From Verrucomicrobiia bacterium (GTDB lineage Bacteria > Verrucomicrobiota > Verrucomicrobiia > JABWAM01): a stretch of 64,000 bases of DNA. The stretch covers positions 576 to 64,575 of the forward strand of contig JAQUAF010000023.1 in the NCBI GenBank assembly GCA_028687435.1. Reading direction: 5' to 3'. The notes under the pieces were generated by a model. That model saw nothing but the letters and a program-made list of their open reading frames with translations. It did not search any database and was not told the DNA's origin. Below are positions 27,451 through 38,090 of this stretch, piece after piece; within the stretch, counting starts at the first letter, position 1, and every line of letters starts with the position of its first letter. The position numbers and the translations under genes were made by a program.

Positions 27451-28485
27451 TCAACTCAACATCACTTCCCGCCGTCCCCGGGCCACCCTGCCAATCAGGC
27501 ACGATTCAATGCCAAAAGCGGATGCTTCATCCCTGACCCGCTCCACAGACGCCCGCGGCACAACAAGCACCATTCCAATGCCCATGTTGAAAACCCGGTA
27601 CATTTCCGCCTCCGACACGCGGCCTTTCCTTCGAATCAGTTCGAAAATCGGCGGCACGTTCCAACTGGATCTGTCAATGCGCAGCAAGGCGTTCCGGGGC
27701 AACACCCGCTCGATATTTTCGATAAATCCTCCGCCGGTGATATGCGCCGCACCATGCAACACAACCTTTTTGCGGCGCAGGCTGGCCAGCAGGGGATGAT
27801 AATTGCGATGCACCCGCAAAAGCGCCTCCCCCACCGATTCCCCCTCCAGTTCGGACGGACGGGAGGTCATCTTGAATCCCGCCTGTTTGAACAGGATCTC
27901 GCGGGCCAGGGAATATCCGTTGGTATGCAAACCGGTGGAGGCCAGGCCGACCACCTCATCGCCCGTTTCAATCTTGGAACCGTCAATGATCTTCCTCCGG
28001 TCAACCACTCCCACAATCGTCCCCACCAAGTCATAGTCACCGGCGGCATAGATCCCGGGCATCTGGGCCGTCTCACCCCCCAACAGGGCCATGCCCGCCT
28101 CGGCACACGCCTTGGCCAGTCCCTGGATGACGCCGTCAAACACCTCCTTCTCCAGCTTTCCCGTCCCCATGTAATCCAGGAAAAACAACGGATCGGCCCC
28201 CATCACGGCAATATCGTCGCAGCAATGGTTGACCAGATCCTGCCCCACGGTGTCGTGCCGCCCCATTTCCACCGCCACCCGCAACTTGGTGCCCACCCCA
28301 TCCATGCTGGCCACCAAAACCGGTTCCCGGCAGGCGGGGAATCGGGCTTTGAACAATCCGCCGAAAGCGCCGATCCGCCCCAAGACCTCCGGACGCGTTG
28401 CCCGCCGCAAAAGCGCGGGCAGATTGGCCTTGACGTTGCGGGCCAGCTTTAAATTGACCCCCGCTTTCGAGTACTGTGAACTCAT
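27451..28485 (-). CDS. purM: Phosphoribosylformylglycinamidine cyclo-ligase (AIR synthetase)
   Basis: MSSQYSKAGVN...LVASMDGVGTKL...GGETAQMPG...LHTNGYSL...HITGGG; 345 aa from the ATG at 28485. Confidence 0.9.
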   Translation of the reverse strand: MSSQYSKAGVNLKLARNVKANLPALLRRATRPEVLGRIGAFGGLFKARFPACREPVLVASMDGVGTKLRVAVEMGRHDTVGQDLVNHCCDDIAVMGADPLFFLDYMGTGKLEKEVFDGVIQGLAKACAEAGMALLGGETAQMPGIYAAGDYDLVGTIVGVVDRRKIIDGSKIETGDEVVGLASTGLHTNGYSLAREILFKQAGFKMTSRPSELEGESVGEALLRVHRNYHPLLASLRRKKVVLHGAAHITGGGFIENIERVLPRNALLRIDRSSWNVPPIFELIRRKGRVSEAEMYRVFNMGIGMVLVVPRASVERVRDEASAFGIESCLIGRVARGRREVMLS

Positions 28486-28505
28486 TTTTCCTTCCGTTGG
28501 TTGCG

Positions 28506-29975
28506 TCAAAGCAGCCGTTGCTGGGTGTCCTCCACCACGCTGGCGGCAAGCGTCTGCCGCTGGCTGCGTCGTTTTTCCATGATAAACTTGTCCAGATCCT
28601 TCGGGAACGGCACTGGATATTCCCCGGTGAAACAGGCCGCGCAAAACTCATCCTTTGGATGGCCGGTGGCCTTGAACATGCCCTCCTGGCTCAGATAACC
28701 GATCGAATCCGCCCCCAGATATTCCTTGATTCCGGCTTGCGTGTACTCGTTGGCGATCAATTCCTTGTGAGTGGGGAAATCAATCCCATAATGGCAGGGA
28801 TGACGGTGCGGAGGACAACTGACTCGCACATGCACTTCCTTCGCCCCCGCCTCCCTCAGGTTTTTCACCCTTGCCCGGGCTGTCGTGCCGCGCACAATCG
28901 AATCGTCCACGATCACCACCCGTTTGCCCTTCACAAAATCGCGGACCAGATTCAGCTTCACCCTCACGTTGAAATCACGGATCAACTGGCTGGGCTGCAA
29001 AAAAGTGCGCCCGATATAGTGATTGCGGACAAAGGCCAGTTCCATGGGAATATTTGATTCGCGGGAGAAACCGAGGGCGCAATAATTCCCGGAGTCGGGC
29101 ACCGGAATGATCGCGTCGGCCTTCACCGGGGTTTCCCTCGCCAGTTGACGTCCCAATTCCTCCCGCACCTGCGCCACCGTGCGTCCCTTGAGCAGGCTGT
29201 CGGGCCGGGCAAAATAAATATACTCAAAAATGCACAGGGAAGGCCGGACACCGAAAGAATCCATTTTCACCGAACGCAAGCCGTCCTTGTCCAATATGAC
29301 CACTTCGCCGGGCTCCACATCCCTCACAAATTCCGCCTGGATCAGGTCAAAGGCGCATGTCTCCGAGCTCAAAATATAGGCGTTGCCCAGACGCCCGATG
29401 CTCAAGGGACGGAACCCGTTTGGATCCCTCACCCCGATCAACTCATTCTCGCCCATGATCAACAGCGAATACGCGCCCCGGATGCGCCCAAGCGCATACA
29501 GGAGATTGTTTTCGCGGTCGCCATATTTTGGCTGCGCCATCAAATGAAGGATGATCTCGCTGTCCACCGTGGTCTGGAAAATCGATCCGTAGGCCTCCAA
29601 TTCATCCCGCAGGATGTTGGCATTGACCAGATTGCCATTGTGCGCGATGGCAATCTCGCCCCGGGCGCAATCCACCACCATGGGCTGGGCATTCACGATC
29701 GAACTGGAACCCGTGGTCGAATAACGGACATGTCCGATCGCCCGGGTGCCCTTCATCCCGCGCAAGGCGGAATCATTGAAAACCCGCGAAACAAGCCCCA
29801 TGCCCCGGTGAACCCGGAAAACCTGGCCATCCGCCTCGGACGAAACAATCCCCGCGCTCTCCTGGCCGCGGTGTTGCAAGGCATACAATCCAAAATAGGT
29901 CAGGGTGGCGGCATCAGGATGCCCATACACCCCGAATATTCCGCAGTGATCCCTCGGTTTTTCGTTTTCAATCAT
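28506..29975 (-). CDS. purF: Amidophosphoribosyltransferase with short propeptide
   Basis: Propeptide MIENEKPRDH followed by catalytic CGIFGVYGH (N-terminal Cys nucleophile). GATase type 2 plus PRTase domain. The start at 29975 avoids overlap with the upstream GT2 gene. Confidence 0.9.
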   Translation of the reverse strand: MIENEKPRDHCGIFGVYGHPDAATLTYFGLYALQHRGQESAGIVSSEADGQVFRVHRGMGLVSRVFNDSALRGMKGTRAIGHVRYSTTGSSSIVNAQPMVVDCARGEIAIAHNGNLVNANILRDELEAYGSIFQTTVDSEIILHLMAQPKYGDRENNLLYALGRIRGAYSLLIMGENELIGVRDPNGFRPLSIGRLGNAYILSSETCAFDLIQAEFVRDVEPGEVVILDKDGLRSVKMDSFGVRPSLCIFEYIYFARPDSLLKGRTVAQVREELGRQLARETPVKADAIIPVPDSGNYCALGFSRESNIPMELAFVRNHYIGRTFLQPSQLIRDFNVRVKLNLVRDFVKGKRVVIVDDSIVRGTTARARVKNLREAGAKEVHVRVSCPPHRHPCHYGIDFPTHKELIANEYTQAGIKEYLGADSIGYLSQEGMFKATGHPKDEFCAACFTGEYPVPFPKDLDKFIMEKRRSQRQTLAASVVEDTQQRLL

Positions 29976-30007
29976 GTTTCTGTTCCATTGGTCAAATGAA
30001 CCCGGCC

Positions 30008-30766
30008 TCATCCCGCTCCATTCAAATTTTCCGTCCGGGCCCAACAATCATAATATTCCAGAATATGGAGGCGGTAAAAAATGGCAAGAGTATCAATACC
30101 GGTTGTGAGCAGGGTCTCAAGGGAAAAGTGTCCATATTTTCGCCGATATTCAATCACCACCGGCGCCTCGGCGATGTGATAGCCGAAATGACTGGCCATG
30201 GCCAGCAATTCAAGGTCATAAGCAAAAGCCTTTACCAACATCCTGGGCATGCAACGTTCCAGCACCTCCCGCCGGAACAACTTCAACCCCGTCTGCGTGT
30301 CCCTCACGGGCAAACCGAACAAAATCCGCGTCATGGTGAAATAGATCCAGCTCACCATCCGCCGGCGGATCGGATAATCAACCCGCGACAGGGGATGCAT
30401 CTTGCTGCCAATGACCGCGTCGGCCCCCTCCACGCCCATGGTTTCAAGCAACGTCCCGATCTGCTCCACCGGCAGGTCCATGTCCGCGTCCAGGAAAAAA
30501 ATCAGCTCACCCGTCGTCCGGAGAAAACCCTGCCTCAAAGCCTCGCCCTTGCCGCGGTTTTTCGGCATGTCCACAATGGTCAAATCAGAAAAACGCTCCG
30601 CCAACCCCGCCAGAATCTCCCGGGTATTGTCCTCACTGCCATCATTGACCACCACCACCTGGAATTTTTCCGTCATGCCCGCCAATTGCCGCCTCGTGCG
30701 CTCCACGGCATCGGCAATCCGTTGGCCTTCATTATAGGCCGGCATGATGACGCTGAGGGATTTCAC
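30008..30766 (-). CDS. Family 2 glycosyltransferase (Dpm1/GtrB-like, polyprenol-phosphate sugar synthase type)
   Basis: SVIMPAYNEGQRI...VVVVNDGSEDNT...FFLDADMD; DxD and catalytic motifs of GT-A fold GT2. Confidence 0.8.
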   Translation of the reverse strand: MKSLSVIMPAYNEGQRIADAVERTRRQLAGMTEKFQVVVVNDGSEDNTREILAGLAERFSDLTIVDMPKNRGKGEALRQGFLRTTGELIFFLDADMDLPVEQIGTLLETMGVEGADAVIGSKMHPLSRVDYPIRRRMVSWIYFTMTRILFGLPVRDTQTGLKLFRREVLERCMPRMLVKAFAYDLELLAMASHFGYHIAEAPVVIEYRRKYGHFSLETLLTTGIDTLAIFYRLHILEYYDCWARTENLNGAG

Positions 30767-30840
30767 GCCCCCTACCTACAATGAAAACAAAGCCGCGACA
30801 ATCTCAATTAAACCAAAATCCGAAGACCGATGGAAATTTC

Positions 30841-30885
30841 GCCCCTTCAGCCCTCAACCTTCAGTCTTCAGCCTTCAGCCTCATC
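30841..30885. repeat. Short tandem repeat: ~9-bp unit cttcagcc(t/c) x4-5 in the intergenic region
   Basis: ccttcagccctcaaccttcagtcttcagccttcagcctcatcc. Confidence 0.5.
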
Positions 30886-33800
30886 CTACGGCTTTGCCTT
30901 GCCCCTGAACCAGATCTTCCCCAATGAAGATGGATCCTTGCTGTCCATCACCCCCCGAAAATATCGCACCCCATGGCGCCCGGTTTCTCCATCGTCAAAA
31001 TCATTGACGGCCAGCGCAAACCCCATCACAGCGCCCGGATCGGGTCGTTTCTGCAAGCCAAGGGTATCCCACGGAAAAATAATCTCATACCATGTGGAGG
31101 AATCCTTGCGTTTCAACTGGGTCATCACCTTGGGTTCCGCGGTGTCTTCCAACAACCTGGGGTCATACGAAATCCATCGCCAGATTGCGGGTCCTTTGGC
31201 GCCCAGCGCCACCCCGTATTCCAGCAAACGATGTCCATCCAAACCCTCCTGGCTGCCCGGCTGCCAGGGTTTTTCAAGATCAGGATCAAAGGCGAACTGG
31301 AGGGAATCCTCCTTCCAGATGTCGCGCGGCGCCTGACCCTGAACATGACGCTCATCCATCACTTCGACCTGAAAATACAACCCCATGTCGCTGTACCCCA
31401 TCTTGAGTGTCGCCCCCGGCAGCGCCACCTCCTGGGCGCCGGTGCGGAACCCCCCCATGTTCGACAGGTCAACCGGCGGAATCTTGTCCCATAATGCCCT
31501 CTCGGCCTGGTTGAACAGCGAAAAACAACCCAAAAAATTTGCGCCAAATCTCCCTTCCACATGCAAACGGGAGGCATCCTGGCAATTCAAGGTCACCTTG
31601 CCTCCATAGAATTTGCCGGGCTGGCAATTCGCCAGGGGAATGGAAACCGCCGTCACCTTTTGGGGGACCAAATCAATCGAATCGGAAAAAATCTCAGGGT
31701 CTGCGCCCGGTTTGATGGCCACCTGCCCTTTGACCGGCGCATCCAGGTGGGATCTCACATTGATCTGCACTTGCGGAACATCCTCGTCCAAAGGCCATGT
31801 CAATCCGCTCGACTCGATGACCATCGGCCGCACCACGCGCACCGGCGCCCCCCGCCATCCGGTTTCCGTCTTGACCAATGCCAGGTAAGTCCCCGGGACC
31901 GCCGTGACCGGCGCTTCAACTTGATCGTCCTTGACGATCAACGGCGGATGGACAATGGCATTCTTCCAAGGCAGAGCTTTCCTTGTTCCCTGTCGAAGGG
32001 TGATGCCATCCTGGAGCGTCACCCCGGCCAGCGAACCATCCGTCAATTCCATGAAGACGGGACTCTGGCCGATTTCAAACGGCGCATTCTCAATCGACGC
32101 CATGGCCCGGCCATTCATTTCCTCCACCCTCCGGGCGCTCAATGGAACATTCATTTTGACCTTGGCATCGCTGTTCCAGACCACCGCCACAACCCCTTTC
32201 CCTTTGGGATACAACAGAAGGTTGAGAGTTGGCGTCAGACGCAACCAGCGAACCTCTCCATCACCGCCATTCAACCAGCGAAGCGCATTCGCAAAGGAGG
32301 CATAAGCCGGCCGGGGTGTGCCATCCGGACGCAACACCCCGTCCATGCCACCCCCCAAAAGGCTGCTGTAAACATAGCCATCCACTTTGGCCATGGAAAG
32401 CAGCGCCATGGCCCGGCTCACGTACTGGGCCTGGTTCAATTCATCCAGCGTTTTGCTGCCCGCCACCTTTGCCCCGCCCGTTCCGGCTCCCTCAACGCTC
32501 GTCTGCCAGCCAAACCCCATCAGAAAAAGAGGGCAATCCTTTTGCCCTGCCGCATCCAGAAAGCGCCGCGCCTCGGTCATTCTCCAATAAAACTCCCCTT
32601 CGGGCGCAACTCCCGACGCATTACTCCGATCCAGATGCAATGCCACACCATCCAGATCCTTCAACAAACCATCCCTCACCAGCTTGCGCAAATAAGGCAT
32701 GCGGCTGGCATGAATGCCCGGCCCCAAAACCTTGACGGCTGGATGGGCCGTTTTGATCATTTTCGCAACCTGCCGGTAAAATGCCACCATATCCTTGTCC
32801 AACCCGCCCCAGTTTGTTTCAGGCATTTCCTGCGGCACAAAATATCCTGGAAACGGCGAACAGGCCCTGGCAAACCCCTGAACCATTTTCTCCAGCAGGG
32901 CTGGATCAATGGGAGATTGTATTCTGCCTGGCGAAGCTCCGGGCGGCATCAACCAGCAGGGCAATCCGCGCCACTCTCCCACCACATCAAGGGCGCCTTT
33001 GACATCCGGCGCCAGAGTCTGGTGTCCCATCAAAAACCCGCCATCCGGCCCCAGTCGGAAAGAACGGGCGTTCCAACCGCGCAGGGTCCACCGCGCGCCC
33101 GCGCCCGCCGCCAAAGCCGGATCGCCCTCTCCCAAAAAAAGCCCATATCTGGAGGTTTTCCGCGCAATTTCAGGCGGCGGCTTGCCTGCCACCACCGCAG
33201 TGCCACGTCCCAGCAACTCGGCATTGCCTTCATATCGCGCCGAAACTTCGATCGAATAATACCCCCGCGAAGGCAGGTCCACCCGCAACCGTTGGGCCTT
33301 GGCCGGGGCATTCAGTTCCTTGAGAATATTCTGTTCCTCATCATGAACCGTGACATCCGCCCCGGACATCCTGTCCGCATCGGCAAAAAGGACTTCCACC
33401 ATTCCGGAATCCTGAATAAAAACAAAACCGGGACTCGTTGACTCAAATTCGTGACACTTGGCTGTTTCTGATTCCACGGTCACGGCATCGATCCAAAAAC
33501 GGCTTTGCGGTCCCCCCCCCTCCGCCACCAGACACAGCCGCAATGATTTGGTGTTTTTCCTCAAGACCCATTCAGTCTGAACCGGCGACCACTGGGCCGC
33601 CGCCGGAAGCACGACCCTTTGTTCCCCCATTGAAGTGAAAGCGCGGCGTTCCTGCTGGCCATCGCTCTCCCATAACGCCATTTCTCCGCCAACACTGGAC
33701 GAAATCAACAAGGAAACCCGTATCTTTGCCTTTTTGAATTTTCCACAGGGGACACAAGGAATCACCGTCTGGCAGGTTGTCTCACACGTGAATCTCTTGA

Positions 33801-34068
33801 ATTCCAACCTCCCATACCCTTTTCCCTCCCCCGGACGATCCGTGGCCGCCGTCAAAATTGCCGCACCATCCGGTTCTTCCATGCTCCACGCCCTGACGGC
33901 ATCCTTCTGCTCAAAATTGCAATTCCATAAAGTTTTCTTCTCCCCCTCCCCCAGATCCTTGGGCATTTGAGCAGGACACGGGAAAACACCCGTCATTAAA
34001 AACAGCCATATTGAAAAAAAAAGGGCCTTCATTTCCGCTCCATCTTTGCAAAGCTGCCGGTTTGTCAC
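30886..34068 (-). CDS. Large secreted protein (about 1050 aa): predicted TIM-barrel glycoside-hydrolase-like core with a C-terminal CBM9/DOMON-like carbohydrate-binding domain
   Basis: Signal peptide MKALFFSIWLFLMTGVFPCPAQ (probable start at 34032). Central segment resembles a GH TIM-barrel (…LFLMGFGWQTS…). C-terminal ~190 aa (SLQFAFDPD...WYEIIFPWDTLGL...GFALAVNDFDDGETG) resembles CBM9-like sugar-binding modules. Family assignment is tentative. Confidence 0.5.
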   Translation of the reverse strand: MTNRQLCKDGAEMKALFFSIWLFLMTGVFPCPAQMPKDLGEGEKKTLWNCNFEQKDAVRAWSMEEPDGAAILTAATDRPGEGKGYGRLEFKRFTCETTCQTVIPCVPCGKFKKAKIRVSLLISSSVGGEMALWESDGQQERRAFTSMGEQRVVLPAAAQWSPVQTEWVLRKNTKSLRLCLVAEGGGPQSRFWIDAVTVESETAKCHEFESTSPGFVFIQDSGMVEVLFADADRMSGADVTVHDEEQNILKELNAPAKAQRLRVDLPSRGYYSIEVSARYEGNAELLGRGTAVVAGKPPPEIARKTSRYGLFLGEGDPALAAGAGARWTLRGWNARSFRLGPDGGFLMGHQTLAPDVKGALDVVGEWRGLPCWLMPPGASPGRIQSPIDPALLEKMVQGFARACSPFPGYFVPQEMPETNWGGLDKDMVAFYRQVAKMIKTAHPAVKVLGPGIHASRMPYLRKLVRDGLLKDLDGVALHLDRSNASGVAPEGEFYWRMTEARRFLDAAGQKDCPLFLMGFGWQTSVEGAGTGGAKVAGSKTLDELNQAQYVSRAMALLSMAKVDGYVYSSLLGGGMDGVLRPDGTPRPAYASFANALRWLNGGDGEVRWLRLTPTLNLLLYPKGKGVVAVVWNSDAKVKMNVPLSARRVEEMNGRAMASIENAPFEIGQSPVFMELTDGSLAGVTLQDGITLRQGTRKALPWKNAIVHPPLIVKDDQVEAPVTAVPGTYLALVKTETGWRGAPVRVVRPMVIESSGLTWPLDEDVPQVQINVRSHLDAPVKGQVAIKPGADPEIFSDSIDLVPQKVTAVSIPLANCQPGKFYGGKVTLNCQDASRLHVEGRFGANFLGCFSLFNQAERALWDKIPPVDLSNMGGFRTGAQEVALPGATLKMGYSDMGLYFQVEVMDERHVQGQAPRDIWKEDSLQFAFDPDLEKPWQPGSQEGLDGHRLLEYGVALGAKGPAIWRWISYDPRLLEDTAEPKVMTQLKRKDSSTWYEIIFPWDTLGLQKRPDPGAVMGFALAVNDFDDGETGRHGVRYFRGVMDSKDPSSLGKIWFRGKAKP

Positions 34069-34074
34069 GTTAAT

Positions 34075-35904
34075 TTACGAAGAATTGCCGGGCCGGTTCA
34101 TGATCGCCACACGAGTGCCGCTTACCCCCACGGCGCGCGTCTGCGCGGGAACAAGAAACAATTTTTCACGCCAGAATTCCAGGCTTTCCTGTTCGATAAT
34201 CAAAAACACCTGCCTTTCGGATTTCCAACATTCCGCCACCTTGTCGTGGGTCAAATACAATTCCGCACCTATCCCCTTCTCGCGCAGGGCAAATTCGCCG
34301 CCGGGATGGGCATCCACCCAATTGATCGGATTTTCCAGATAAAAAAACAGGCTTGTCGCATAGTGGGGTTCCCCCTGGCAGATCACCATGGCGCCGGGAC
34401 GGGCCTCATTCCGGATTCCGCGCGCCACCCCTTCCAGTGAGAAATACTGTCCCATCAAAGCCAGCCCCCACGATGCCAGCGCCATCAATCCCAGCATGCC
34501 GATTCCCGCGACGGTGGCCACCGAAGCCTTGCGTCTCCGCCATGCCTGATAGGTCCCCACCCCGCCTCCCACCATCAAAATCACGGAAGCCAGCTTCATC
34601 AACGGAACCAGTTGCAGGTAGCCTCCAAAGGAAAATCCCCGGATGGCATTCAACGCGTTGTCCCGCGCCGCAACCGGGTCCACCTCCACGGTGGCCCCCT
34701 TGACCGCCGAATCGATGACCCCTTGCAAAGCCAGCCCCAATACGCCGCAAACCAAAAGCAGGACACAGGGAATCAACCAAAACATCCTTGGAACCTGGAT
34801 GCGCGCCGCCCAAGGCAGGGCCAGCCAGATCGCCACGCCGCCCCAACTCGTCATGGTGTAGTAGTCCTGGCGCGCGGAAAAAATAATGCTCACCGCCGTC
34901 ACAACCACCCAGAGCCACAAAACCTTTTCATGATGGTAAAAAACCTGTCCGGTCTCCTTGATCCGCCGCCGCGCCCAGAATACGGCCGGCGCAAAAAGGG
35001 TCCATGGCAGGAAAAAGACCAGATGCTGCACCCAGAACACCATGGAAGGCACCGCACGGCTGTCCGGCGGAAACCGTTTGTCCAGCAAATGCCCCACCTG
35101 CTCGTTCACAAAATGATCCATCAAAAAACCGGAAAAACGCATCTCGATGGCCGCATACCACGGCGCGACAATCAGCAGAAAGATCGCCAGATGCCGCAAA
35201 CGCCACATCTCCCTCCAAACCTTTCTCTGCCTCTCGAAAAACAACATGCACAACGCCGCCACCAGCACGGGATAAAGCAAGCCATGCAACCCCTTCACCA
35301 CACATGCCAGCGACATGCAAAGCCAGGCCAGATCAAACCATCGCCGGCAACGCGCGGGATGCGTCAAGGCGCTCAAAAAACACCAGAACGTCAACGTCAA
35401 CAGCGCGCCCAAAAAAGGCTCCGGCATGATCAAATGACTGAATATGAAAAAACCAAAAAATGTGGATTGGATGATGGCGGCGTAATAACCGGTGCTGCGC
35501 CCGCCCACGCGTTTGCCAACCAGGTAAGTGGCGTAAATCCACAACAACGAAGCCAGGGCATTGGGCAGCCGGGCGGCAAAGACATTCACACCAAAAATCT
35601 TGCAGGACGCCATCATGATCCAGTACATCACCGGAGGCTTTTGCAGACGGGGAATGCCGTCATTGGTTGGTATCAGCCAATCGTTCCGCGCCAGCATCTC
35701 CCGGGCCGCCCCGGCATACTGCCCCTCCGTCTCGTCAAAAATGACCGGCACAAAACTGGACCCGATGTAAAGCACCGTTGCCAGGGTGAAAAACACGGCC
35801 ACTTTCCATCCGGCAATCGTATCCTCGCCCAATGAATGCATCCCATGATGCGCTTCCGAGGAATCAGGAGACAAAGCGGGATCCTTTGACATCGGCAAAC
35901 TCAT
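34075..35904 (-). CDS. GT39/GT83-family membrane glycosyltransferase (ArnT / dolichyl-phosphate-mannose protein mannosyltransferase-like)
   Basis: About 12 TM helices. N-terminal periplasmic-loop motif FDETEGQYAGAAREMLARNDWLIPTNDGIPRLQKPPVMYW is typical of ArnT/PMT_2. Confidence 0.75.
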   Translation of the reverse strand: MSLPMSKDPALSPDSSEAHHGMHSLGEDTIAGWKVAVFFTLATVLYIGSSFVPVIFDETEGQYAGAAREMLARNDWLIPTNDGIPRLQKPPVMYWIMMASCKIFGVNVFAARLPNALASLLWIYATYLVGKRVGGRSTGYYAAIIQSTFFGFFIFSHLIMPEPFLGALLTLTFWCFLSALTHPARCRRWFDLAWLCMSLACVVKGLHGLLYPVLVAALCMLFFERQRKVWREMWRLRHLAIFLLIVAPWYAAIEMRFSGFLMDHFVNEQVGHLLDKRFPPDSRAVPSMVFWVQHLVFFLPWTLFAPAVFWARRRIKETGQVFYHHEKVLWLWVVVTAVSIIFSARQDYYTMTSWGGVAIWLALPWAARIQVPRMFWLIPCVLLLVCGVLGLALQGVIDSAVKGATVEVDPVAARDNALNAIRGFSFGGYLQLVPLMKLASVILMVGGGVGTYQAWRRRKASVATVAGIGMLGLMALASWGLALMGQYFSLEGVARGIRNEARPGAMVICQGEPHYATSLFFYLENPINWVDAHPGGEFALREKGIGAELYLTHDKVAECWKSERQVFLIIEQESLEFWREKLFLVPAQTRAVGVSGTRVAIMNRPGNSS

Positions 35905-35964
35905 CCCCCCCCTGCCACCCTCATCATTTCCCCATGCTCCAAACGGATCGAGTCCATGATACCG

Positions 35965-36972
35965 CTAAAAACTCGCGGATAGGGATATCTGGCCATAGGG
36001 CGCCGGCTGCCCCTGTGACTTGACGTCTGCGGGATGAATGTGAAATTCACGGAAAAGCATGTATCCGCCTGAAACATCAAGGGTCATTCCCGGTATGATC
36101 TTCCACGACATTCCGGGACCCACCCGCGCCTCCATGTAATCCATCTTTCCGCTATTGGTATTGGATTGGCCATGCGAATCCCCAAACGTCCTGGAAATCC
36201 GGAAACTTCCCCCCTTGATGTCGCCGCCAAAGTAAGCTGTCAGTTTCTCCGTTATCTCATATTCGATGCGCGGCCGGGGCATGAGAAACATCAAGGTCCA
36301 TTGATTGGCAAATTTCCATCTCACCCCTCCGCCCGGCATCACTGGAATATTCCGGAAAGGATCCGCGCTAAGCCCAAAAAACCACTGCAAATCCTTGTCC
36401 ACCAGATAGGAAGCGCCAATGATGGCCGGACAGTTGACATCCTCAAAAGTGATATCGCTGTAATCACTGTAAACCCCCGGCCTTATTTCCAATCGCATCA
36501 GCCATTCCTCATTCAATTCGATATCCGATCCCAAAACCGCGCAGGTGCTCTGCAGGGTGGCCGGCAGAGGCGCCGCTTCAGGCAGGCCAAACGAATAGCG
36601 GTCCCATCCGGCGCCGCCGCGCAAAATAACGCCCTCGGACAAATGCTTGTTCAAAATGACCTCTGCCGCGCTGGACTGCATCTTCACATTCCCATAGGGA
36701 ATGGCGCCTGAGCGGGTTTTGCTCGTGCCGGTATAGGAATACTCCGTTTTGACCTCAAAAGAAACGCCGTCATCAACCATTTCCGCATTTTTCTTTCCGT
36801 TCCCCCCATTTTTTGGTTTTTCCTTGGTTTCCTTCTGTCCCGGCACGCTGAAACCTTCCGCCAAGGCATTGCCTTGGGCTTGCGCCATGCAAAACGGCAA
36901 AAACGCCACGGCAGCAATCAGTATGCCCCGCAACTGTTCCACCATCATTGGCCGGAAAAATTTCTTTTTCAT
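35965..36972 (-). CDS. Outer-membrane beta-barrel protein, unknown function
   Basis: Signal peptide; alternating amphipathic beta-strand pattern; C-terminal ...ISLSASF (terminal Phe OMP signature). Confidence 0.5.
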   Translation of the reverse strand: MKKKFFRPMMVEQLRGILIAAVAFLPFCMAQAQGNALAEGFSVPGQKETKEKPKNGGNGKKNAEMVDDGVSFEVKTEYSYTGTSKTRSGAIPYGNVKMQSSAAEVILNKHLSEGVILRGGAGWDRYSFGLPEAAPLPATLQSTCAVLGSDIELNEEWLMRLEIRPGVYSDYSDITFEDVNCPAIIGASYLVDKDLQWFFGLSADPFRNIPVMPGGGVRWKFANQWTLMFLMPRPRIEYEITEKLTAYFGGDIKGGSFRISRTFGDSHGQSNTNSGKMDYMEARVGPGMSWKIIPGMTLDVSGGYMLFREFHIHPADVKSQGQPAPYGQISLSASF

Positions 36973-37071
36973 AGATGTTCCCTAACACTACAAATGGGAG
37001 GCAAAATGTCAAGGAGATTAGGTTCCGAATGCCGTATTGCCATCGCTCCGCTCTTTTGACAGAATAATCGC

Positions 37072-37605
37072 ATGATCACCTTTCGTTCCAGCACCTTCTT
37101 ATGGATTGCCGCCAGCGCTGTTTTGTTGTGCGGAGGACCATTCAGACTCGCGCTTCACGCCCAAGCCACGGACCCGGCCCCGGTGGAAAAAACCAAGGCG
37201 GCAGCCGGCGCCGGGGAAACTGAAAAACTTTCGCGCCAGAAAGCCATCGCCGCAGCCGTGGACCAGGCCATGAAAAAAATGGACGCCAACGGCGACAATG
37301 CCATTTCCAAGAAGGAAGCCCAGGCGGCCTCCAAAACCGATGCCAAGGATGAGGCCACCGATGCGAAGGACCAATCCAAGGACGCCAAAACGCCTCCCAA
37401 AAAAGAAGCGGCCATTTCCTTCAAAAAAGCGGATCAGAACAAAGACGGCAAAGTGGACCGGGAAGAACTCCACAAAGCGATGGAAGATGATGGTCACGCA
37501 AAACTCTTCTCCAAGCCCGAGCCCATCACACCGTGCAGCGAACCGATCCCCTCCAACGAACCCGCCACATCCAGAAACACCTTCGGCATCCGGTTCAAGT
37601 TCTGA
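37072..37605 (+). CDS. Secreted EF-hand calcium-binding protein
   Basis: Signal peptide. Two canonical 12-residue EF loops, DANGDNAISKKE and DQNKDGKVDREE. Lys/Ala/Asp-rich low-complexity spacer. Confidence 0.7.
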   Translation: MITFRSSTFLWIAASAVLLCGGPFRLALHAQATDPAPVEKTKAAAGAGETEKLSRQKAIAAAVDQAMKKMDANGDNAISKKEAQAASKTDAKDEATDAKDQSKDAKTPPKKEAAISFKKADQNKDGKVDREELHKAMEDDGHAKLFSKPEPITPCSEPIPSNEPATSRNTFGIRFKF

Positions 37606-38044
37606 CCCTTGTCATCCGTCCGTTTAGGGCTGCAGAATGACACTTGTAGATTCTGCCGCAGTGGACCGTCTGGATTGCGGGCAGAAGTTCCCGATCAACG
37701 GAATCCTTCCGGACAAACCCCGCCGCCCCCGCGGCGAGGGCATTCTTGATTTGCCCCGGATCGGTACACATTGAGAGAATCAGAATTCTCGTCTTTGCGC
37801 CCCCGGCAACAAGCCGCCGGGTCGTTTCGATGCCATCCATTCCCGGCATATTGATGTCCATGATTGTCACGTCGGGCGAAAGGACCCGCACTTTCTCGAT
37901 GGCCCTCCGCCCGTCACGCGCCTGCCCCAGCACATGAACAACTTCATCATGATCCTTCAGAAATTTTCTCAGGCTTTTCAGAAAGAACGCATGATCATCA
38001 ACCAGGAGCAGGGAGATGTTTTTTGTTTTTTTCATAAAGCCCAC
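37595..38044 (-). CDS. Single-domain response regulator (receiver)
   Basis: SLLLVDDHAFFLKSL...DVTIMDINMPGMDGIE...ILILSM; last gene of the chemosensory/TCS operon. Confidence 0.8.
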   Translation of the reverse strand: MGFMKKTKNISLLLVDDHAFFLKSLRKFLKDHDEVVHVLGQARDGRRAIEKVRVLSPDVTIMDINMPGMDGIETTRRLVAGGAKTRILILSMCTDPGQIKNALAAGAAGFVRKDSVDRELLPAIQTVHCGRIYKCHSAALNGRMTRVRT

Positions 38045-38090
38045 CCGGTGCAGGATTCAGCATTGAATCATCCCCGCGGGGCGAGATGCC

